64,000 nucleotides of DNA, from assembly GCA_902573385.1 (NCBI GenBank), contig CACGJS010000002.1, positions 17,393 through 81,392 of the forward strand. Direction: 5' to 3'. Origin of the DNA: an uncultured Pelagibacteraceae bacterium. GTDB lineage: Bacteria; Pseudomonadota; Alphaproteobacteria; Pelagibacterales; Pelagibacteraceae. Below the pieces are notes generated by a model. That model had not been told where the DNA came from. It searched no databases and saw only the letters and a program-made list of their open reading frames with translations. The translations under genes and the position numbers were made by a program. Shown here piece after piece: positions 58,840 through 64,000 of this stretch (position 1 is the first letter of the stretch; each line of letters starts with the position of its first letter).

Positions 58840-59880
58840 TTAACTGAATGCTTCTACCCAAGTTCCTCTTGTAGAGGCTTTAGAATATTCAGTGGCTCTT
58901 CCTTCGAAAAAGTTCATATGTTCAACGGCATTTAACATTGTGTCTAACCAGCCTAGAGGATTTTTATCAATCTTATAGATTGGTTCTAATCCTAATTGAG
59001 AAAGTCTTCTATTACCAATAAACCTTATATAATCTTTCACTTCTTGTGAGGTTAAACCTTCCATAGGACCCATCTCAAAAGCCAAATCAATAAAAGCATC
59101 TTCGTGCTCTATAATAGTTCTACAGGCATTATAAATTTCTTTTTTCAATTCTGGAGTCCAGATTTCTGGGTTTTCATTAATAAATTCTTTAAACAGTCTA
59201 ATCATAGAATTACAATGAAGAGTTTCATCTCTTACAGACCAAGTAACAATCTGACCCATACCTTTCATTTTATTATGCCTTGGAAAATTAAGTAAAATTG
59301 CAAAACTTGCAAATAATTGTAAACCCTCAGTGAAAGCACTAAACACAGCAACTGTTAGCGCTATATCTTTTTTTGATTTCATGTCAAAATTTTGCATGTA
59401 ATCATATTTATCTTTCATTTCTTTATATTTCATAAAAGCTGAATATTCAGACTCTGGCATTCCAATGGTATCTAATAGATGTGAATATGCTGCTATATGA
59501 ACTGTTTCCATAGAAGCAAAAGCAGTCATCATCATCAATACTTCTGTTGGTTTGAATACTGTTGTATAATGTCTTAAATAACAGTTTTGAACTTCTACGT
59601 CAGCTTGAGTAAAAAATCTGAAAATTTGAGTTAATAAATTTTTTTCAGACTGAGTTAAATTTTTTTGCCAATCTCTAACATCATCACCAAGAGGAACTTC
59701 TTCTGGCAACCAATGAATTCTTTGTTGAGTCAACCAAGCATCATAACACCAAGGATATCTAAATGGTTTATAAACTGGATTTTCAACCAATAAACCATTT
59801 TTTTTTGTCTGAATAATTTCTTTTTTATCAGATTGTATAATTTCAGGTTTTATTTTTTCTACTACTGACATGATAAACAC
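58840..59880 (-). CDS. nrdB: Ribonucleotide reductase class I beta subunit
   Basis: HWLPEE, ETVH..AY, RDETLH, NFFE. Confidence 0.95.
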   Translation of the reverse strand: MFIMSVVEKIKPEIIQSDKKEIIQTKKNGLLVENPVYKPFRYPWCYDAWLTQQRIHWLPEEVPLGDDVRDWQKNLTQSEKNLLTQIFRFFTQADVEVQNCYLRHYTTVFKPTEVLMMMTAFASMETVHIAAYSHLLDTIGMPESEYSAFMKYKEMKDKYDYMQNFDMKSKKDIALTVAVFSAFTEGLQLFASFAILLNFPRHNKMKGMGQIVTWSVRDETLHCNSMIRLFKEFINENPEIWTPELKKEIYNACRTIIEHEDAFIDLAFEMGPMEGLTSQEVKDYIRFIGNRRLSQLGLEPIYKIDKNPLGWLDTMLNAVEHMNFFEGRATEYSKASTRGTWVEAFS

Positions 59881-61799
59881 TCCTCATATTCTGGCTGTTC
59901 ATTAATTTGTTTTTTTGACTTGTAAACATTTGCTGTAACATCTGTTGAATTTGCATCATTGACGTTTTCAGCACGTTGTATTGACTTAGATCTACAATAG
60001 TAAAGGCTCTTTAAACCTTTTTTCCAAGCATCAAAATGAATTCTGTGTAATTCTTTCTTATGAACGTCTGCAGGTAAAAATAAATTAACTGACTGAGCTT
60101 GAGAAATATATGGCGTTCTATCTCCACTTAGCTCAATTATCCATTTTTGATCTAACTCAAAAGCAGTTTTAAAAACATCTTTTTCTATGTCTGTTAAAAA
60201 ATCAAGATGAGATACTGATCCTTGGTTAGTTGTAATACTGGACCAAACTTCATCTGTATTTTTTCCATGTTTCTCTAAAAGGTCTTGAAGATATCTATTT
60301 CTAACATTAAAAGAGCCTGACAAAGTCTTGTGAGTATAGCTATTAGCTGCAACCGGTTCTACTCCTGGTGAAGCTCCGCCACATATAACGGAAATTGAAG
60401 CTGTTGGAGCAATAGCAGTTTTGTTTGAAAACCTTTCTTTAAAACCGTAATCTTGAGCATCCGGGCATGCCCCTCTTTCTTCAGCTAAATTTTTAGATGA
60501 TTGATCAACTTGTTCTTGAATATGTTTAAATATTTTTTTATTCCAAACTTTACTCATTACAGATTCAAGAGGAATATTATTTTTTTGTAAATAAGAATGA
60601 AAACCCATAACACCAAGTCCTACACTTCTTTCTTTTGCTGCAGAATATTTTGCATCAGCAAATTGATCAGGTGCTCGATTAATAAAGTCAGATAGTACAT
60701 TATCTAAGAATTTCATTACATCATTAATAATATTTTTATCATCTTTCCACTCATCATACTTTTCAAGGTTTAAAGAAGATAAACAACATACTGCAGTCCT
60801 GTCTCTTCCTTCTTTATCTAAACCTGTTGGCAAAGTAATTTCACTACATAGATTAGAGGTCTTAACAGTTAAGTTTGCAAGCTTATGATGTTGAGGAATT
60901 TGCCTATTAACAGTATCAATAAAAATTATATATGGTTCTCCTGTTTCAATTCTGGCAGTAAGCAGCCTAATCCATAAATTTCTTGCAGAAATAGTTTGTT
61001 GTATAGTTCCGTCAGCTGGACTTTTTAATGCCCAGTGTTCATCTTTCTCTACAGCTCTCATAAATGCGTCTGAAATCAAGATACCATGATGAAGATTTAA
61101 TGATTTTCTATTTGGGTCACCGCCAGTAGGTCTTCTCATTTCTATAAATTCTTCTATCTCTGGATGATCAATTGGAAGGTAACAAGCAGCAGATCCTCTT
61201 CTTAATGAACCTTGACTAATTGCCATTGTTAAAGAATCCATAACTTTAATAAATGGAATTATTCCAGAAGTTTTTCCAACTTTACCAATTTTTTCACCAA
61301 TAGATCTAAGGTTTCCCCAATAACTTCCTATTCCTCCTCCCTTCGCAGCCAACCAAACATTCTCACTCCACAAGTCTAGTATTCCACCTAAACTATCTGA
61401 AGCTTCATTTAAAAAACAAGAAATTGGTAATCCTCTTTTTGTTCCTCCATTTGAAAGAATTGGTGTAGCTGGCATAAACCAAAGATTACTAATATAATTA
61501 TAAAGTCTTTGTGCGTGTAGATTATCATCAGCATATGTGCTTGCAACTCTTGCAAATAAATCTTGATAAGATTCGTTTGGTCCTAAATATCTATCTGCTA
61601 ATGTGGCTCTACCAAAATCTGTAAGATTAGAATCTCTGGCTCTATCAATCTTGATTATAATTCCTTTTTCGTTTTGAAATAACTCAGTTTCATTGCTTAA
61701 AGAAAATAAGTCAGGTCTAATTTTGTTTTGTCCGTCCTCTACATTGGGGCTATAATTAGAGACAGCTTTCTTGAGTGCCTGGGATAGAATTTTATTCAT
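59862..61799 (-). CDS. nrdA: Ribonucleotide reductase class I alpha subunit
   Basis: PISCF, SNLCSEI, IAPTAS, KSLYY, C-terminal CLSCQ. Confidence 0.96.
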   Translation of the reverse strand: MNKILSQALKKAVSNYSPNVEDGQNKIRPDLFSLSNETELFQNEKGIIIKIDRARDSNLTDFGRATLADRYLGPNESYQDLFARVASTYADDNLHAQRLYNYISNLWFMPATPILSNGGTKRGLPISCFLNEASDSLGGILDLWSENVWLAAKGGGIGSYWGNLRSIGEKIGKVGKTSGIIPFIKVMDSLTMAISQGSLRRGSAACYLPIDHPEIEEFIEMRRPTGGDPNRKSLNLHHGILISDAFMRAVEKDEHWALKSPADGTIQQTISARNLWIRLLTARIETGEPYIIFIDTVNRQIPQHHKLANLTVKTSNLCSEITLPTGLDKEGRDRTAVCCLSSLNLEKYDEWKDDKNIINDVMKFLDNVLSDFINRAPDQFADAKYSAAKERSVGLGVMGFHSYLQKNNIPLESVMSKVWNKKIFKHIQEQVDQSSKNLAEERGACPDAQDYGFKERFSNKTAIAPTASISVICGGASPGVEPVAANSYTHKTLSGSFNVRNRYLQDLLEKHGKNTDEVWSSITTNQGSVSHLDFLTDIEKDVFKTAFELDQKWIIELSGDRTPYISQAQSVNLFLPADVHKKELHRIHFDAWKKGLKSLYYCRSKSIQRAENVNDANSTDVTANVYKSKKQINEQPEYEECLSCQ

Positions 61800-61834
61800 A
61801 ATTGTTTATTTGTTATAGTTATTGTAACACAAAA

Positions 61835-61850
61835 CAACTACATGTTGTGT
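61835..61850. promoter_or_regulatory. Candidate NrdR box
   Basis: CAACTACATGTTGTGT upstream of nrdA resembles the NrdR consensus. Confidence 0.55.
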
Positions 61851-61958
61851 GTTATTAACGTTGATATACTATATAAATCATAAATCAACAGAACATTTAT
61901 AGAACATTAAAAATAAAAATCAACAAAAATATTTAATAAAATATAAGTAATACAAGCA

Positions 61959-63413
61959 ATGTCTAAAGATATAAAAATAGATCCATATGGTTTCAGAGAG
62001 TATGACGCAAGATGGTTGTATGAGAAAGACATAAATCAAGCAGGAATAGAGAATCTAGGTAAGGGATTAGGAACTCAAATAATAAAACATACAAAAAAAA
62101 ATAATCCAAGAGTAATTGTTGGTCATGATTACAGATCATACAGTGAAGAAATTAAATTCAATTTAAAAAAAGGGTTAATTTCAACTGGATGTTTTGTTGA
62201 AGATATAAATTTATCATTATCTCCTATGGTTTATTTTGCACAATTTAATCTCGATGCAGATGCTATAGCAATGGTTACAGCTAGTCATAACGAAAATGGT
62301 TGGACTGGAGTTAAAATGGGAATCAAAAAAGGTTTAACTCATGCACCAGATGAAATGAAAGAATTAAAAGACATAACTTTGAATAAAAAATTTAACAAAG
62401 GTAAGGGTAGTGAAAAAAAAATTGATAACTTTCAACAAGTTTATAAAAATGATTTAATAAATAAAAATAAGATAAATAAAAAAATAAAAGCAGTTGTTGC
62501 CTGTGGAAATGGAACTGCTGGAGTTTTTGCGCCTGATATTCTTAGAGGTATTGGTTGTGAAGTAATAGAGTTAGATTGTAAATTAGATTGGACTTTTCCA
62601 AAGTATAACCCAAATCCTGAAGACTTAGAAATGCTCCACGCAATAGCAAAAATAGTAAAAGAAAATAACGCTGATATTGGATTTGGCTTTGATGGAGATG
62701 GAGATCGTGTTGGTGTGATTGATAATAAAGGAAATGAAATTTTTTCTGATAAAATTGGACTGTTAATAGCTCGAAACCTATCATCTAAACATAAAGGATC
62801 AAAATTTGTTGTAGATGTAAAATCAACTGGGTTATATTCTAAAGACAAAATTCTTTTAGAAAATAGATGTGAAACTATTTATTGGAAAACAGGACACTCA
62901 CATATTAAAAGAAAAGTTAATACAGAGAAAGCATTAGCTGGATTTGAAAAAAGTGGACATTTTTTTTTCAATCAACCACTAGGTTATGGCTATGATGATG
63001 GGATTAATTCTGCAATTCAAGTTTGTCATTTATTAAATAACCAAAATAAAATGATGAGTGAAATAATAAATGATCTACCTCACACTTATCAAACCCCTAC
63101 TATGGCTCCTTTTTGTAAAGATGAAGAAAAATATCAAGTAGTAGAAGATTTAGTTAAACAAGTAGAACAAATCAAAAATAATAAAACTAAAATTGATAAT
63201 CAAGAAATTACAGAAGTTTTAACTGTAAATGGAGTTAGATTTTCATTTGAAGATGGATCTTGGGGGTTAATAAGAGCTTCATCAAATAAACCATCTTTAG
63301 TTATAGTAACAGAAAGCCCAACATCTAACAAAAGAAAGAAAAAAATATTTGAATTTATTAATAATTTACTCCAAAAAACTGGAAAAATTGGTGAATATGA
63401 TCAAAAAATCTAA
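61959..63413 (+). CDS. Phosphomannomutase/phosphoglucomutase
   Basis: TASHN, FDGDGDR, GFEKSGH, RASSN. Confidence 0.93.
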   Translation: MSKDIKIDPYGFREYDARWLYEKDINQAGIENLGKGLGTQIIKHTKKNNPRVIVGHDYRSYSEEIKFNLKKGLISTGCFVEDINLSLSPMVYFAQFNLDADAIAMVTASHNENGWTGVKMGIKKGLTHAPDEMKELKDITLNKKFNKGKGSEKKIDNFQQVYKNDLINKNKINKKIKAVVACGNGTAGVFAPDILRGIGCEVIELDCKLDWTFPKYNPNPEDLEMLHAIAKIVKENNADIGFGFDGDGDRVGVIDNKGNEIFSDKIGLLIARNLSSKHKGSKFVVDVKSTGLYSKDKILLENRCETIYWKTGHSHIKRKVNTEKALAGFEKSGHFFFNQPLGYGYDDGINSAIQVCHLLNNQNKMMSEIINDLPHTYQTPTMAPFCKDEEKYQVVEDLVKQVEQIKNNKTKIDNQEITEVLTVNGVRFSFEDGSWGLIRASSNKPSLVIVTESPTSNKRKKKIFEFINNLLQKTGKIGEYDQKI

Positions 63414-63415
63414 AC

Positions 63416-63925
63416 CTATTTTAAACATTTACCAATAGAGCCAAGATTGCACTTCACTCCATCGATCCATACAACATTATTTAAATTTGCACCTTCAAAA
63501 TTAGCCTGCAAGATATTTGCGCCTGTAAAATCAGCTTCAAACAGATTGCTATTATTAAAATTTGCCTCAATTAAGGAAGCTCCTTTAAAATTAGCTCTTG
63601 TTAAATTAGCACTAGAAAAATTGGCCTTTTCAAAATTTCCGCCTTCGAGGTTAGATTCATATAAATTAGCTCTAATAAAAGAAGATTCTGGAAAATTACC
63701 GTATGATAAAATTGAGTTCATCATTATACTTTTATCAAATATAACTTTAATAAAACCAGAAAATGATAAGTTAGAATTAGGTAAATATGAACCACTTAAG
63801 TTTTGCTCATCTGAAAATTGACAATTAGAGTAATCTACACTATCTGACAATGCATCATCACAGCCTGCATGGAGATCATTTGATAAAAATAGTAATAAAA
63901 AAAATATTCCTAATAATTTTTTCAT
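63416..63925 (-). CDS. Exported pentapeptide repeat protein
   Basis: Signal peptide; ANL/ANF pentapeptide repeats. Confidence 0.88.
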   Translation of the reverse strand: MKKLLGIFFLLLFLSNDLHAGCDDALSDSVDYSNCQFSDEQNLSGSYLPNSNLSFSGFIKVIFDKSIMMNSILSYGNFPESSFIRANLYESNLEGGNFEKANFSSANLTRANFKGASLIEANFNNSNLFEADFTGANILQANFEGANLNNVVWIDGVKCNLGSIGKCLK

Positions 63926-64000
63926 TAGTCAAATTCTAGCATGAATAATTTTTAAAAATAATACACTTATTACGTGTTAAATGTTTAATAGAGAATCAGT

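Noticed and set aside
63480-63700. 15-bp periodicity resembling a repeat array
   Set aside because: Coding pentapeptide repeats; not CRISPR. No CRISPR array or cas gene was seen in the window.
2998-63821. Many 60-135 aa antisense or alternate-frame ORFs in the track (e.g. 3171, 7550, 9991, 26496, 62441, 63447)
   Set aside because: They lie within well-supported genes and have no motifs; shadow ORFs.

Overview
AT-rich alphaproteobacterial chromosome segment whose gene content and compactness indicate SAR11/Pelagibacter (inferred, no database search). Bases 1 to ~15225 are the right arm of an integrated T7-like podovirus prophage, all on the minus strand: RNA polymerase, SSB, endonuclease I, amidase, primase-helicase, PolA, exonuclease, portal, scaffold, capsid, tail tube A. 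It joins the host exactly at the anticodon loop of an unrepaired 5' half of tRNA-Leu(TAG). The phage RNA polymerase is split into two translationally coupled ORFs, and a 14-bp palindrome (ATGCACTAGTGCAT) recurs four times at the phage control regions. Host DNA follows: transport and catabolic genes (15.5-30.5 kb), a very AT-rich surface-modification island (30.5-45.2 kb) and core genes (rpsD, cimA, cysS, nadE, DAHP synthase, glmS, a short glmU, prpDBC, nrdAB, PMM/PGM). The island holds methyltransferases, AsnB, an Acs/ACP/MBOAT/SGNH cassette, and a membrane protein that appears to carry a phage tail-fibre LamG domain. All family assignments are by recognition of motifs from memory.
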